Notes: generated by a model not told the origin, from the sequence alone. Shown: positions 1 through 12,564, counted from the first letter of the stretch. The stretch is DNA of 32,000 bases from Synechococcus elongatus PCC 6301 (GCF_000010065.1 NC_006576.1:1050001-1082000), one strand, 5' to 3'. Translations and numbers: made by a program.

Positions 1-256
1 GGCTGGTCCCCGTTCGCTCGCCGCTACTGAGGGAATCACTTTTGTTTTCTCTTCCTCCGGCTACTAAGATGTTTCAATTCGCCGGGTTCGCTCGCGCCAC
101 CCTATGGATTCAGGTGGCCGTACATGGGGTTGCCCCATTCGGAAATCCTCGGATCAATGCTTGCTTCCAGCTCCCCGAGGCGTATCGTCGGTAGCCACGT
201 CCTTCTTCGCCTCTGTGTGCCTAGGTATCCACCGTAAGCCCTTCGTAGCTTGACCA
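1..256 (-). rRNA. rrl: 23S ribosomal RNA, 5' portion (continues beyond the left edge)
   Basis: The reverse complement near 256-200 reads GGTCAAGCTACGAAGGGCTTACGGTGGATACCTAGGCACACAGAGGCG, a typical 23S 5' end. The exact end is approximate. Confidence 0.95.
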
Positions 257-346
257 CTACTTCTTTCTGACTTCCATTTCTCCCACTTGACTCAATCAAG
301 TGATGATGAAGATGGTGTCTGTGATACCTACACTCTCATCTCTATG

Positions 347-361
347 CAGTTTTCAAGGTTC
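347..361 (-). promoter_or_regulatory. boxA-like antitermination element in the 16S-23S spacer
   Basis: The reverse complement is GAACCTTGAAAACTG, like the conserved cyanobacterial ITS boxA motif upstream of 23S. Confidence 0.65.
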
Positions 362-456
362 TTGCTGAGTCTTTCAACTCAGCATTCCTAACCTTCCGAT
401 ACGAAAATCGAAAACTTAAGATGCTGAACTGATTTTTTGAATTTTAAGCAGTCTTT

Positions 457-532
457 TGGTGGAGGTTAGCGGACTCGAACCGCTGACATCCTGCTTGCAA
501 AGCAGGCGCTCTACCAACTGAGCTAAACCCCC
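457..532 (-). tRNA. tRNA-Ala(TGC), CCA encoded
   Basis: The reverse complement GGGGGTTTAGCTCAGTTGGTAGAGCGCCTGCTTTGCAAGCAGGATGTCAGCGGTTCGAGTCCGCTAACCTCCACCA folds as a cloverleaf with anticodon TGC. Confidence 0.97.
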
Positions 533-566
533 ACATCACTTCTTCACTCTCATGAAAAAGCTAGGT

Positions 567-639
<73 letters not shown>

Positions 640-800
640 ACATCCTGCTCTTGACCCAAACATCTTTGTCTAGGAAAAACCCAGACTAGTTTAGAAGCCC
701 TTGCTCGAAAGACTCGACCGACCTAGGTTGACCTCTGATACCGCTCTATCAAATATGAAGCTTGCGCTTCTCGCAGTTATCAGTAGGGTAGGTCTCCCTG

Positions 801-2288
<1,488 letters not shown>

Positions 2289-2599
2289 TGGTTGAACTCT
2301 TAATTTGAAATCTCACCCATTAGGCAAGACTTCCAAGTTCGTAAGTTTTCCCGAACCCAGTTAACCGGATTCATCATTTTATTGACGAGTCCCTCAAGAC
2401 TGGCTTCTAAACTATTCTCTTGTCTAGGTCCTGTCGCCAGCCCCGCTTCGCGTTTCCGCTCCGCTCTCACCGGCGCTTAATTAATCTACCTAACTCGCCT
2501 AGTCGCGTCAACCCCCTCAGAGAAAAATTTTTTCGGGATGGACAGAAGAGTAGACGGAGACTGGGTTTTGGGGTGGTTGAAGACTTTGCTGGAGATGCA

Positions 2600-3340
2600 A
2601 TGACCCTCTCGATCGCTCAAATTACTGACCTTCATCTCCTAGTCGATCCGCAAGCTGCCCTTCGAGGTTGCGTGACAACACCCCGAGCCGCTGCCGTATT
2701 TGGCAATCTCAAACAGCGATCGCCCGATCTACTTCTTCTGAGTGGCGACTTGAGCGAGGATGGCAGCCCTGCTAGCTATGAGCGATTACGAGATTGGGTT
2801 GAAGAACTAGGTTGTCCTGCTATTGCGATCGCGGGTAATCATGACCAGCCTGAGCGTTTGACGGAAATTTGTGGGCGATCGCCTTTTATGGGTGAGCCTG
2901 TCTATTCCATCCAAGGCTGGCGAATCATTGCACTGGATTCCTACCAACCCAAACGGATAGATGGTCGATTGAGGGGCGATCAACTTGACTGGCTGGATCA
3001 GCGCTTAGGAGAAGACTCGTCCCCAACCTTGCTGATGCTGCATCATCCACCGGTGCTGATCGGGGTTACCAAGATGGATGCGATCGGGCTTAAGGACGGG
3101 CCAGAGTTTCTAGAAGTGATTGCTCACCATCAGCAAGTCCGCCTTGTGCTTTCGGGGCATGCTCATCAGGCATTTATTCAAGGTCGTGGTTTGACTACCT
3201 TCCTCGGGTGCCCCGCCACAGCTATGCAATTTGACCAGCCTGAGCTGCCGGCTGGTTGGCGATCGCTAGAGCTAGAGCCAGATGGATCTTGGCGATCGCA
3301 AATCCATTGGGTTGACACCGATTCAATTCATTTCGCTTGA
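2600..3340 (+). CDS. Metallophosphoesterase, cAMP phosphodiesterase/Icc-like
   Basis: ORF 2420..3340 with the likely start at the internal ATG at 2600 (MTLSIAQITDLHLLVD). Motifs include D-x-H (ITDLHL), LLLSGDLSEDG, IAGNHDQ and LSGHAHQA. Confidence 0.9.
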   Translation: MTLSIAQITDLHLLVDPQAALRGCVTTPRAAAVFGNLKQRSPDLLLLSGDLSEDGSPASYERLRDWVEELGCPAIAIAGNHDQPERLTEICGRSPFMGEPVYSIQGWRIIALDSYQPKRIDGRLRGDQLDWLDQRLGEDSSPTLLMLHHPPVLIGVTKMDAIGLKDGPEFLEVIAHHQQVRLVLSGHAHQAFIQGRGLTTFLGCPATAMQFDQPELPAGWRSLELEPDGSWRSQIHWVDTDSIHFA

Positions 3341-3490
3341 ACAGGGCTTGCATCTTAGACAGATCTTGGAACCGTCACTGGAGTCCCAGCGTCTACAGGC
3401 TCTATCACTCTTTGCTTAGGATAGGTGGCGATCGCTAACGTCAGTTCGCGACCCACTACTGAATGAGCGTTCGTGGATCTCGGAGGTGTC

Positions 3491-4711
3491 ATGCGTCATC
3501 GTCGTTCTGGTCAGCGCCGGTTATCAGTCCGCGCAATCTTGAGTCACACCCTGGCAATTAGCTTGGGCGTCTTGGTGACAGTGGGCGGATTACAAGCACG
3601 TCCCTCTTTGGCCCAAGCAGCACCTGTAGAAATCGCACAAGCGACTCCTGCGAATACAGCAGCTCCCAACAGTAACCCAGATAGTTTTGTTGCAGCAGCA
3701 GTCCGTCAGATTGGCCCTGCAGTCGTTCGGATTGATACTGAGCGGACGGTGACACGGCGGGCAGCTCCCATGTTTGATGACCCGTTTTTCCGTGAGTTTT
3801 TTGGGTCTGACTTTTTTGGCAATGTCAATCCGCCAGCACGGCAAGAAGTACAGCGTGGTCAGGGTTCTGGTTTTGTCGTAGATGGTAACGGCTTGATCAT
3901 GACCAATGCCCACGTGGTCGCCAATGCGGATCAAGTGCGGGTCACGCTACGGGATGGTCGAGAATTTACGGGACGAGTGCGGGGTGCAGACTCTGTCACT
4001 GATTTAGCGTTGGTAGAAGTTGATACCAAAGGTGAACGGCTGCCCACTGCTCGCATCGGCAATTCCAGTAATGTCGAGGTCGGAGACTGGGCGATCGCGA
4101 TCGGGAACCCGCTCGGACTCGACAACACCGTCACTTTAGGGATTGTCAGCAGCCTTGGCCGCCGGAGCAGCGCTGTCGGTATTCCGGATAAGCGCCTCGA
4201 CTTTATCCAGACCGATGCAGTGATCAACCCCGGTAATTCGGGCGGCCCGCTGGTCAATAGTCGGGGCGAAGTGATTGGCATTAACACCGCCATTCGCCAA
4301 GCGCCGGGTGCAGGGATTGGCTTTGCGATTCCAGTTAACACGGCCAAGCAAATTGAAACGCAGCTGCTGAAAAACGGGAAAGTCTCACACTCCTACCTAG
4401 GGGTGCAGCTGCTCTCCCTGACGCCACAAATGGCTCGAGATAACAACCGCGATCCCAACTCCACCGTGCGCTTACCAGAAGTGCAAGGTGTCTTAATCAT
4501 GGGGGTTCAGCGCAATGCACCCGCTGCTACTGCGGGACTGCGACGCGGAGATGTGGTGATAGCGACTGATGGTCAAGCGGTGACGACTGCGGATGAGTTC
4601 CAGCGCCGTGTCGAAGCGAGCCAAGTCGGCCAGTCACTCAACCTCAGCGTGATTCGCGACGGTAACCGCCAGCAGATTGCTGTGCGCACTGGCGAACTCC
4701 AAGCTGGTTAA
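3491..4711 (+). CDS. Deg/HtrA-family (HhoA/HhoB/HtrA-like) trypsin-like serine protease with PDZ domain
   Basis: Catalytic context is [19 protein letters not shown] and [22 protein letters not shown]. There is a C-terminal PDZ and an N-terminal signal-like segment. The start is probably the ATG at 3491 rather than 3473. Confidence 0.93.
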
Positions 4712-4740
4712 ACCGCGATCGCTCGCACATGAGGTTACTC

Positions 4741-4767
4741 AGGCGGCTGGATTCAGTCGCCTTTTTT
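4741..4767 (+). terminator. Intrinsic terminator downstream of the htrA-like gene
   Basis: AGGCGGCT-GGATTC-AGTCGCCT forms an 8-bp stem with one G.U pair, followed by TTTTT. Confidence 0.8.
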
Positions 4768-4826
4768 AGTTGCGACAGGCAGGCCCGTATACTGATTCGA
4801 TGTTGTTGAACACCCGCAAGCCTGTT

Positions 4827-5525
4827 ATGGATCCAGTCACCCACATGAAACATGAAGTCGCGAAAGCAGCCGCGAGTCGGGTGCAATCTGGCATGGTGGT
4901 CGGGCTGGGCTCGGGCTCTACAGCAGCCCTCATGATTCAGTACTTGGGCGATCGCGTTCGCAATGGCGAACTCACCAATATTCAGGCTGTACCCACCTCT
5001 TTTCAGTCCTCAGTATTGGCGAATGAATACGGCATTCCGCTGACGACCCTGAACGAAGTCGATCGCATTGATATTGCAATTGATGGCGCGGATGAAGTTG
5101 ATCCACAACGCAACCTGATCAAAGGCGGTGGCGCTTGCCATACCCGCGAGAAACTAGTGGATGCGCGGGCTGAGCAATTCATTGTCGTCGTTGACAGCAG
5201 CAAACTGGTAGAGGCACTCGGAACAACCTTCTTACTGCCCGTGGAAGTGCTGCCGGAAGCTTACATTCAAGTCGGCAAAGCCTTGGAAAAATTGGGTGGC
5301 AAACCAGAACTGCGGATGGCGGTCAAAAAAGCAGGCCCAGTCGTGACTGACCAAGGCAACCTCGTTCTCGATGTGAAATTCGATCGCATTGACCAGCCCG
5401 CAGAACTGGAGAAAGCGATTAACAACATTCCAGGCGTGCTGGAAAACGGTCTGTTTGTTGGCTTGACCGATCTTGTACTCGTTGGTGAAGTTGACGGCGA
5501 TCGCGTTTCTGTGCGCGAGTTCTAG
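4827..5525 (+). CDS. rpiA: Ribose-5-phosphate isomerase A
   Basis: Motifs [36 protein letters not shown] and [20 protein letters not shown]. The likely start is [11 protein letters not shown] within ORF 4770..5525. Confidence 0.96.
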   Translation: MDPVTHMKHEVAKAAASRVQSGMVVGLGSGSTAALMIQYLGDRVRNGELTNIQAVPTSFQSSVLANEYGIPLTTLNEVDRIDIAIDGADEVDPQRNLIKGGGACHTREKLVDARAEQFIVVVDSSKLVEALGTTFLLPVEVLPEAYIQVGKALEKLGGKPELRMAVKKAGPVVTDQGNLVLDVKFDRIDQPAELEKAINNIPGVLENGLFVGLTDLVLVGEVDGDRVSVREF

Positions 5526-5550
5526 GCTTTCGATCAACCCAATCAACTGA

Positions 5551-5577
5551 GCCAGCTTCAGATCGAAGCTGGCTTTT
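5551..5577 (+). terminator. Intrinsic terminator downstream of rpiA
   Basis: GCCAGCTTC-AGATC-GAAGCTGGC is a perfect 9-bp stem followed by TTTT. Confidence 0.8.
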
Positions 5578-5599
5578 CGCTGGCTGAAAACACTGTGAT

Positions 5600-5632
5600 C
5601 AAAACGCCCTGAAGAGACAGCCTTCAAGGCGT
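5600..5632 (-). terminator. Probable terminator downstream of chlI
   Basis: The reverse complement ACGCCTTGAAG-GCTGTCT-CTTCAGGGCGT forms a stem with one mismatch, followed by TTTG. Confidence 0.55.
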
Positions 5633-5661
5633 GGCAGCCTTTATCCAGTTGAAAATAGTGA

Positions 5662-6777
5662 TTAGCTGACCAGAGAGAAGGCACTGGTGTCGGTCGGCTC
5701 CGGCAGGCCAAAGACACGGCAGAAGACTTTCGCCACTTTGCCCCCCGAGTCCACAGACTCTAGCGGATCCTTGCGGAGGCGGTGCCGCAGACAGGGGGCA
5801 ACGATCCGCTGAATATCTTCGAGGGTGACTTCCGACCGCCCTTCAAAGGCCGTCAGCGCTTTGGCAGCGCGGTTGGTGACGATGTCACCCCGCAGGCCGT
5901 CAATATCCAGCTCCGAGCAGACCTCCGAGATTTTCACCCGCAGGTCATAGTCCAGCTCAACGGATGGCAGCAGCGTTTGCGCTGCAACAATCCGTGCTTG
6001 CAGGCTATCTTGCTCGCTGGCATAGCGATCGAGGAAAGTCTGAGGATTTTGATCGAAGGTCGATCGCTGTTCTACGACCTGAACCCGCAGTTCCGGATCT
6101 TTGACAGTGCGCACTTCGACACTCATACCGAAGCGATCAAGCAACTGAGGCCGCAGTTCACCTTCCTCGGGGTTACCGGAACCAACCAAGACGAAGCGAG
6201 CAGGGTGGCGAATCGATACGCCTTCCCGTTCCACCGTATTCCAACCAGAAGCCGCCGAGTCCAGCAGCACATCTACCAAATGATCGTCGAGCAGGTTGAC
6301 TTCGTCGACGTAGAGAATGCCACGATTGGCTTTTGCGAGTAGACCCGGTTCAAAGGCTTTGACGCCTTCCGACAGCGCTTTTTCGATGTCAATCGTACCG
6401 CAGACGCGATCTTCCGTCGCACCCAAAGGCAGGTCGACCATTTGTACTTTGGCGCGACCAATCGTCGGGGTTTCGCCACGGGCAATGCGATCGCGAACCT
6501 CATTACTCATCAGCTCTGGATCGCTGGGATGGCTGTTGTAGGGATCCTCTGCCACCACCTCAATTTCGGGCAGTAGGTCAGCCAAGGCACGAATTGTGGT
6601 TGATTTCCCAGTACCGCGATCGCCCATGATCATCACCCCGCCCAATTTGGGGTCGATCACATTCAGCAGCAGGGCAAGCTTCATCTCCTCCTGGCCGACG
6701 ATCGCCGTGAAGGGGAAAACAGTGCGGCGTGGCGCAGTCGGAAGAGTCGCAGTCACGGGTAAAGCAACGCTGAGCAA
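5662..6777 (-). CDS. chlI: Magnesium chelatase ATPase subunit I
   Basis: 371 aa with [40 protein letters not shown] (Walker A), [17 protein letters not shown] (Walker B) and the BchI/ChlI-specific extent. Confidence 0.97.
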   Translation of the reverse strand: MLSVALPVTATLPTAPRRTVFPFTAIVGQEEMKLALLLNVIDPKLGGVMIMGDRGTGKSTTIRALADLLPEIEVVAEDPYNSHPSDPELMSNEVRDRIARGETPTIGRAKVQMVDLPLGATEDRVCGTIDIEKALSEGVKAFEPGLLAKANRGILYVDEVNLLDDHLVDVLLDSAASGWNTVEREGVSIRHPARFVLVGSGNPEEGELRPQLLDRFGMSVEVRTVKDPELRVQVVEQRSTFDQNPQTFLDRYASEQDSLQARIVAAQTLLPSVELDYDLRVKISEVCSELDIDGLRGDIVTNRAAKALTAFEGRSEVTLEDIQRIVAPCLRHRLRKDPLESVDSGGKVAKVFCRVFGLPEPTDTSAFSLVS

Positions 6778-6854
6778 AGACCGTTTTTCATTGTGCCACA
6801 GTGCTTATACCCCTGCCGTGAACCCTGCTCGGCTAATCAGGTGCCTGTTCGACC

Positions 6855-7859
6855 ATGCCGCTCTACCCCGATCGCTTTCGTTGTCCGTTCGTTCTGCGCC
6901 AAGGCTGGGGAATGACGATCGCCGCTGCTTTAGCTAGCGATCGCCCGCCATCTCTGCCAGCACCGATCTACCAAGGGCAATGCCTACGTGGGGCAGATGA
7001 TGTGCCGCTCTGGACAGAGCGCGCAATTCCAACAAATCCCCGTGGCACCTTGATCGCCACCTACGGCATCACCGGGTCCCTGCAGAATCAAGGCATTCTC
7101 CAGCGCTGGGCAACTGCTGCTTATCAAGCCGGTCTGGCAGTGCTGCTCTTTGACTGGCGCGCCCATGGGCGATCGCTGGAATTGTCGCCCGTTCTGACCA
7201 GCGATGGGCTACGGGAAGGCGATGATTTTCTGGCGTTAGCTGGACAAGCTCGGCAGCTGGGGCTGCCAGAGCCCTACATATTTGGCGGCTATTCCCTCGG
7301 CGGTCAGCTGGCACTCTGGGGCGCTTGGCGCGGGCAACAGGAGGGCTGTCCTCCAGCAGCGGTCCTGTCGCTCTGCCCCAATCTCGATGCCGAGCGATCG
7401 CTGCCTTGGTTACGCAGCACGAGGCTCGGTCGCTGGATTGAGCAGCGGATTTGTCGCGAACTGTGCCGATTAGCGACCGACATTGCCAATCACCATCCGG
7501 GCAGCCTCGATCCAGCCGCGATCGCCCAAGTCACCACCATTCAGGACTTTGATAACTATTTGGTTGCTCCCCGTTTGGGCTTCCAGAGTAGCGTCGACTA
7601 TTACCGTGCCAGCAGTCCGCTACCTTTTCTTGCCGATCTACACGTACCTGGACTGGTTCTCTACGCCGCAGACGATCCCTTCTTTCATCCTGCGATCGCC
7701 CCCGAACTCGCAGCGATCGCTCAGCGCAATCCAGTTCTAGAGATTGAAATCACGCGCCATGGCGGTCACGTGGGCTATTGGCAGGGCCGCGATCGTTGGT
7801 GGGCGATCGATCGATTCCAAGGCTGGTTGGAAGACTCCGGGACTTTACCTAAAGCCTGA
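6855..7859 (+). CDS. Alpha/beta-fold hydrolase, YheT-like
   Basis: Contains [11 protein letters not shown], the nucleophile elbow [23 protein letters not shown] and a final HGGHVGY. Confidence 0.85.
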   Translation: MPLYPDRFRCPFVLRQGWGMTIAAALASDRPPSLPAPIYQGQCLRGADDVPLWTERAIPTNPRGTLIATYGITGSLQNQGILQRWATAAYQAGLAVLLFDWRAHGRSLELSPVLTSDGLREGDDFLALAGQARQLGLPEPYIFGGYSLGGQLALWGAWRGQQEGCPPAAVLSLCPNLDAERSLPWLRSTRLGRWIEQRICRELCRLATDIANHHPGSLDPAAIAQVTTIQDFDNYLVAPRLGFQSSVDYYRASSPLPFLADLHVPGLVLYAADDPFFHPAIAPELAAIAQRNPVLEIEITRHGGHVGYWQGRDRWWAIDRFQGWLEDSGTLPKA

Positions 7860-7897
7860 GTAGACTGGCGATACGCCTGCTCATCTGCCACTCTCCT

Positions 7898-8245
7898 ATG
7901 ACCGTTTTGACGCTCCAACTGAGCAATGGCTCGCTGAGCTTGCCGCTCAATTTGGCGGCTGGCCTAGAGCTCAAGTCTGTTTTGCAGCAGCTCCTGCAGC
8001 AGCTCCGACAAGCCGCGACGCCGCTCAGTCCTGGTCAACGACCGACCCCACAGCCCAGCACTGATCATCGGTTGGAAGTCGGCGAAATTCATCTCGAAGT
8101 GTTCTGCAATCCCAATCTTTGGCCGAGTCCCTTTGCTGCCAAAGTCTTGCTGAGCCTACGACAAGGGGAGTTGCGGCTCAGTCTCGAAACCGAGCTAAGT
8201 CGTTTGATGGAAGATCTCGATCAGTATCTCGAGTCAATTCGCTAG
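7898..8245 (+). CDS. Conserved hypothetical protein, 115 aa
   Basis: Clean ORF between two real genes on the same strand, with normal composition. No recognised domain. Confidence 0.65.
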   Translation: MTVLTLQLSNGSLSLPLNLAAGLELKSVLQQLLQQLRQAATPLSPGQRPTPQPSTDHRLEVGEIHLEVFCNPNLWPSPFAAKVLLSLRQGELRLSLETELSRLMEDLDQYLESIR

Positions 8246-8341
8246 GTTAGGGCGGTTTGCAGATTGCCTACACCCTGCAATCGCCGCCTTTGCGTAGACT
8301 GGTTGGACAATCCTGACTGTAGACCAGCGATCGCAATCGGT

Positions 8342-10159
8342 ATGGCGAATCCCACATTTGGCAATCGCGACTCGGGCCGCAGTGTTGGCCGCTCCTATCA
8401 GTCGCTATGGCTGCTCTTGGGAATCACCACCGTCTTTTTTGGGGCTTTGGGTGGCCGCCTCGCCTACATGCAAATTCAGCAGGGCGAACGAAATCGCGAA
8501 CTGGCCAACGAGAATCGCATCCACCTGTTGCCTCGCCTCCCTGAACGTGGACGTATCCTCGACCGCGAAGGGCGTGTATTAGCGAGTAGCCGCCACGTTT
8601 ACTCACTCTATGTTTGGCCGCTGGCAATTAAAGACGACCGCTGGCCCGATACCCGACGCCGGCTAGCCGAGCTACTCAAAGTGCCGGAGTCTACGCTGCA
8701 AGCCCGCATCGATCGCCAGAAAGACAATGCCGCTTATCGAGTTCGCCTGGCCCAAAATCTGAGCCAACCCCAAGTTATTGCTTTTGAAGAAAATCGCCGT
8801 AACTTCATCGGCGTCGAAGTGGACTACGACAGCGTGCGCTACTACCCCAATGGGTCAATCGCAGCCCACGTTTTGGGGTACACCGGCGAGATTTCGGATG
8901 AGGAATTAAAACGGCGCGAGGAACAAGGATATCGACCTGGCGATGTCATTGGCCAAGCTGGACTCGAAGCCGCCTTTGAGAAGCAGTTGCGCGGTGAGTG
9001 GGGCGGTCAACAGGTAGAAGTGGATGCCCTCGGCAACGTCGTCCGCATTTTGGGCGACAAGCAAGCGCGAGCGGGCAAAGATGTCACCATCACACTGGAT
9101 CTCGATCTGCAAAAAGCAGCAGAGGCTGCGATCGGCAACAGCATGGGGGCGATCGTGGCGATCGATCCTCGGGACGGCAGCATCTTGGCGATGGTCAGCC
9201 GTCCCACCTACGATCCCAACGTCTTTGCCACCGAAATCAGCCAGGCCGAATGGGATCGACTGCAGCAGCTGGAATTCCCCTTCGTCAATCGCGCTCTGCA
9301 GTCCTTTCCGCCAGCCAGTACGTTCAAGATTGTGACCACAGCAGCGGCCTTGGAATCGGGCAAATATTCCCCCGACGCCGTGCTGCAAACCTTCCCCTTC
9401 CTGCGGGTTGGCGGCATTCAGTTTTGGGACTGGAATAATGCGGGCTTTGGTCCCCTCGGCTTTGTAGGCGCAATGCGCTATAGCAGCGACACCTTCTTCT
9501 ACCAAGTCGCTCAGCGGATTGGCGGCGACGCGATCGCAGCCATGTGCCGTCGGTTTGGCATGGGGCAGCGTACAGGGGTAGAGCTTGCCGCGGAGGAAGG
9601 GCGGGGTCTTGTGCCCGACAAAGCTTGGAAACTGAAGAACCTGAATGAGGAATGGACCGTCGGCGACTCGATCAATATGTCCATTGGTCAAGGCTTCTTA
9701 CTGCAAACGCCACTGCAAGTCGCGGTGATGTTTGCGATTCCAGCCAATAACGGCTTCCGGGTAAAACCGCACTTCCTCAAGGACGATCGCGACAGCAAAG
9801 AATGGCGCGAGGATCTGAAACTGAAGCCATCCACGATGAAAGTCATCCGGGACGGGCTAGTCTCAGTCGTCGCGGATGGAACTGGAGCTGCCCTGCGAGT
9901 GCCCTCACTGCCGCCCAACGCAGGCAAAACTGGAACAGCGGAGGATCCGCCCCGGCGATCGCACACTTGGTATGGCGGCTATGCACCGATTGAGAAACCT
10001 GAGATCGTCGTCGTTTCCTTCAACGAAAACTCAGGCGGCGGCGGTGGCAGTACAGCGGCTCCAAAAGTCCGTCAAGTGATGGAAGCCTACTTCCGCAAGA
10101 AGGCGCTTCGAGCTCAGGCCGCTAAGGGTAAGCAACCATCTGCCAACACCTCGCAGTAG
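8342..10159 (+). CDS. mrdA: Penicillin-binding protein 2 (class B transpeptidase)
   Basis: TM near the N-terminus, then LPERGRILDREGRVLASS, GYTGEIS, the SxxK motif ASTFKI, and KTGTAE. The likely start is the ATG at 8342 inside ORF 8264..10159. Confidence 0.92.
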   Translation: MANPTFGNRDSGRSVGRSYQSLWLLLGITTVFFGALGGRLAYMQIQQGERNRELANENRIHLLPRLPERGRILDREGRVLASSRHVYSLYVWPLAIKDDRWPDTRRRLAELLKVPESTLQARIDRQKDNAAYRVRLAQNLSQPQVIAFEENRRNFIGVEVDYDSVRYYPNGSIAAHVLGYTGEISDEELKRREEQGYRPGDVIGQAGLEAAFEKQLRGEWGGQQVEVDALGNVVRILGDKQARAGKDVTITLDLDLQKAAEAAIGNSMGAIVAIDPRDGSILAMVSRPTYDPNVFATEISQAEWDRLQQLEFPFVNRALQSFPPASTFKIVTTAAALESGKYSPDAVLQTFPFLRVGGIQFWDWNNAGFGPLGFVGAMRYSSDTFFYQVAQRIGGDAIAAMCRRFGMGQRTGVELAAEEGRGLVPDKAWKLKNLNEEWTVGDSINMSIGQGFLLQTPLQVAVMFAIPANNGFRVKPHFLKDDRDSKEWREDLKLKPSTMKVIRDGLVSVVADGTGAALRVPSLPPNAGKTGTAEDPPRRSHTWYGGYAPIEKPEIVVVSFNENSGGGGGSTAAPKVRQVMEAYFRKKALRAQAAKGKQPSANTSQ

Positions 10160-11247
10160 TAGTCCTGGAGTTGGCGCGTGGCTGCGTTCCAGCTCCAGCG
10201 TTCGGCTTCTTGACGAGCCGCTTGGCGTAGAATCTCGCGCTCTGCAGGGTTAGCCAACAAGCGCTGAATCGCAGCGATCGCCCCTTGTTCATCCTCAGGA
10301 TCGAACAGGAAACCATTAATGCCGTCGCTGACAATATCGGGAATGCCACCGGAATTGGCCGCCACGACCGGACAACCCGCTGCCATGGCTTCCAGCAAGA
10401 CTAGACCGAGGGTTTCGGTCCGGGAGGGAAAGACAAAAGCGTCAGCAGAAGCGTAGGCCGCCCCTAGCTGTTCCCCATGCAGATAGCCAATGAACTGCGT
10501 CTGGGTGCCAGCAAACAATTGCTCTAGTTCGGCCCGATGCGGGCCATCGCCGACCAAGGCCAAGCAAGCCTCAGGATTGGCATCCAAAATGGGTCGCAGG
10601 CGATCGATTTGCTTCTCGGCTGAGAGGCGTCCGACGTAGAGCAACAAGGGCGCAGTGGGCTTACCGCCACTGAGGCGATCGCGCATCGCAGCAGTAGCCA
10701 AGTCTGGCCGAAAGGTCTCGGTATCCACTCCTCGCTGCCAGAGGCAACAGTGCTCAATGCCGTGATCTGTCAGCTCCTGCACCATCGCGGTTGAAGTACA
10801 GAGGTTGATCGCTGCTTGGTTATGCGCCAGCTTCAGCAATTCCCAGAGCACCCCCTCCAAGACCCCCAGCCCGTAATGCTCAAGGTATTTCGGCAAATGG
10901 GTGTGATAGGACGCCACGAGTGGCACATTTAGCGCCTTGGCATAGTAGATGCCGCCCAACCCCAACACAGCCGGATTGACCACGTGGATCAGGTCGGGCC
11001 GGAACCGCTCCAAGGCTTTTCCCACTTTCGGCAACGGAAAAGCTAGCTTCAGCTCGGGATAGAGCGGTAGCGGAAAGCCTTTAACCCCATAGACTCGAGC
11101 CCCCTTGTGCTCGCGGAGCCCGCCGTCGGGGCAAAAAACCATGACGGTGTGGCCAAGACGCTGCAGGTGATCGACCGTGTGCCGAAGCCGCGTGACGATG
11201 CCATCCACTTTGGGGAGGAACGTCTCGGTAAAGAGAGCGATGCGCAT
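10114..11247 (-). CDS. sqdX: Sulfoquinovosyltransferase SqdX (family-4 glycosyltransferase)
   Basis: MRIALFTETFLPKVDGIVTRL, DLIHVVNPAVLGLGGIYYAK and FVFPSRTETLGLVLLEAMAAGCPVVA. It sits next to sqdB. Confidence 0.93.
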   Translation of the reverse strand: MRIALFTETFLPKVDGIVTRLRHTVDHLQRLGHTVMVFCPDGGLREHKGARVYGVKGFPLPLYPELKLAFPLPKVGKALERFRPDLIHVVNPAVLGLGGIYYAKALNVPLVASYHTHLPKYLEHYGLGVLEGVLWELLKLAHNQAAINLCTSTAMVQELTDHGIEHCCLWQRGVDTETFRPDLATAAMRDRLSGGKPTAPLLLYVGRLSAEKQIDRLRPILDANPEACLALVGDGPHRAELEQLFAGTQTQFIGYLHGEQLGAAYASADAFVFPSRTETLGLVLLEAMAAGCPVVAANSGGIPDIVSDGINGFLFDPEDEQGAIAAIQRLLANPAEREILRQAARQEAERWSWNAATRQLQDYYCEVLADGCLPLAA

Positions 11248-11262
11248 AGAGAGAGTGCGACT

Positions 11263-12471
11263 TTAGCGCAGAGCGGTTTCAGGAGCGCTGAGAGCTTCAG
11301 CTTGATTACGGGTCCAGGCAGAAACGCAGGGAATTTTGGCGCGATCGCAGCGATCGGCAAACTTCTGCGCAATTTCTACCACTTCGCTCATCAGGCCATT
11401 GTCCAAGGTGGTCGGATTGAGGCCTAAATCAATCAAGCAGCGGTTGTCGACAATCAAGTCGTTCTCAAGGGCTTCCTTGCGTGGATTGGGCAGGTAGGCG
11501 ATTTCAGCACCGGTCAATGCCGCCACTTTCTCTGCCAAATCCTTGACTTGGTAGGTTTCCGTCATCTGGTTAAAGATGCGGACTTTTTCATTGGCTGCTG
11601 GCGGATTTTCGATCGCCAGTTGGACGCAGCGCACTGAGTCGCGAATGTGGATGAAGGCTCGGGTTTGGCCACCAACGCCATGCACAGTCAAGGGATAGCC
11701 GATCGCCGCCTGCATCAAGAAGCGGTTCAAGACTGTGCCGTAATCACCGTCGTAGTCGAACCGATTGGTCAGATCCGGGTGGAGATTACAGTGATCGGTG
11801 TTCGTGCCCCAGACAATACCCTGGTGAAGGTCGGTGACTTGGATGTTGTCGTTCTTGTTGTAGTAGTAGAACAACAATTGATCCAGCGTCTTGGTCATGT
11901 GATAGACGCTACCCGGATCAACGGGGTGAAGAATCTTCTCTTCAAAGCGTTGGCCATCCCGCTGGACGACTTCCACTTCTAAGTAGCCTTCAGGAATCGT
12001 AGCCCCGCGATGGCTACCGTATCCATAGACGCCCATGGTGCCCAAGTGGACAATGTGGGACTTGAGGCCGACATCCACACAGGCGCAGAGCAGATTGTGG
12101 GTGGCGTTGACGTTGTTATTGACCGTGAAGCGCTTATGCCATGCACTCTTCATTGAATAGGGGGCGGCGCGCTGTTCGGCAAAATGCACGATCGCATCCG
12201 GCTGCGTTTCTAGCAGTAGTGCACAGAGGCGATCGTAATCAGCCGCTAAGTCGAGATTGACAAAGCTAATCGGCTGCCCGCCCGTTTCTTGCCATGCCTT
12301 CAACCGGCGTTCAATCGTCGCGATCGGAGTGAGGGACTGAACCCCCAATTCCACGTCTGTCTTGCGGCGAACGAGGTTGTCAACAATGGTGACGGCGTGA
12401 CCTGCAGCAGCCAAATTGAGAGCGCAGGGCCACCCGCAGAAACCATCGCCACCCAATACAAGAATCTTCAC
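11263..12471 (-). CDS. sqdB: UDP-sulfoquinovose synthase SqdB
   Basis: MKILVLGGDGFCGWPCALNLAAAGH (Rossmann), HFAEQRAAPYSM and GLNPTTL. Long SDR with the SqdB signature. Confidence 0.97.
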   Translation of the reverse strand: MKILVLGGDGFCGWPCALNLAAAGHAVTIVDNLVRRKTDVELGVQSLTPIATIERRLKAWQETGGQPISFVNLDLAADYDRLCALLLETQPDAIVHFAEQRAAPYSMKSAWHKRFTVNNNVNATHNLLCACVDVGLKSHIVHLGTMGVYGYGSHRGATIPEGYLEVEVVQRDGQRFEEKILHPVDPGSVYHMTKTLDQLLFYYYNKNDNIQVTDLHQGIVWGTNTDHCNLHPDLTNRFDYDGDYGTVLNRFLMQAAIGYPLTVHGVGGQTRAFIHIRDSVRCVQLAIENPPAANEKVRIFNQMTETYQVKDLAEKVAALTGAEIAYLPNPRKEALENDLIVDNRCLIDLGLNPTTLDNGLMSEVVEIAQKFADRCDRAKIPCVSAWTRNQAEALSAPETALR

Positions 12472-12564
12472 GCAGTTCCGCTCCTGAGATCGCGTTTGAC
12501 CGGGGCAATCAGGCTCACGGCCAAATTACCACAGAGCGATCCCCGGGAGCGGTTGTCCATGACA

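Noticed and set aside
3558-5717. Antisense or shifted ORFs such as 3590..3934 (-), 3931..4347 (-) and 5232..5717 (-)
   Set aside because: They are shadows of the strongly supported metallophosphoesterase-neighbour, HtrA and rpiA frames. None has domain-like sequence.
12478-12552. Inverted repeat CCGCTCC...GGAGCGG between sqdB and the Psb34-like gene
   Set aside because: The 7-bp arms are separated by about 60 nt, with no T-tract or clear role. It is compatible with chance in GC-rich DNA.
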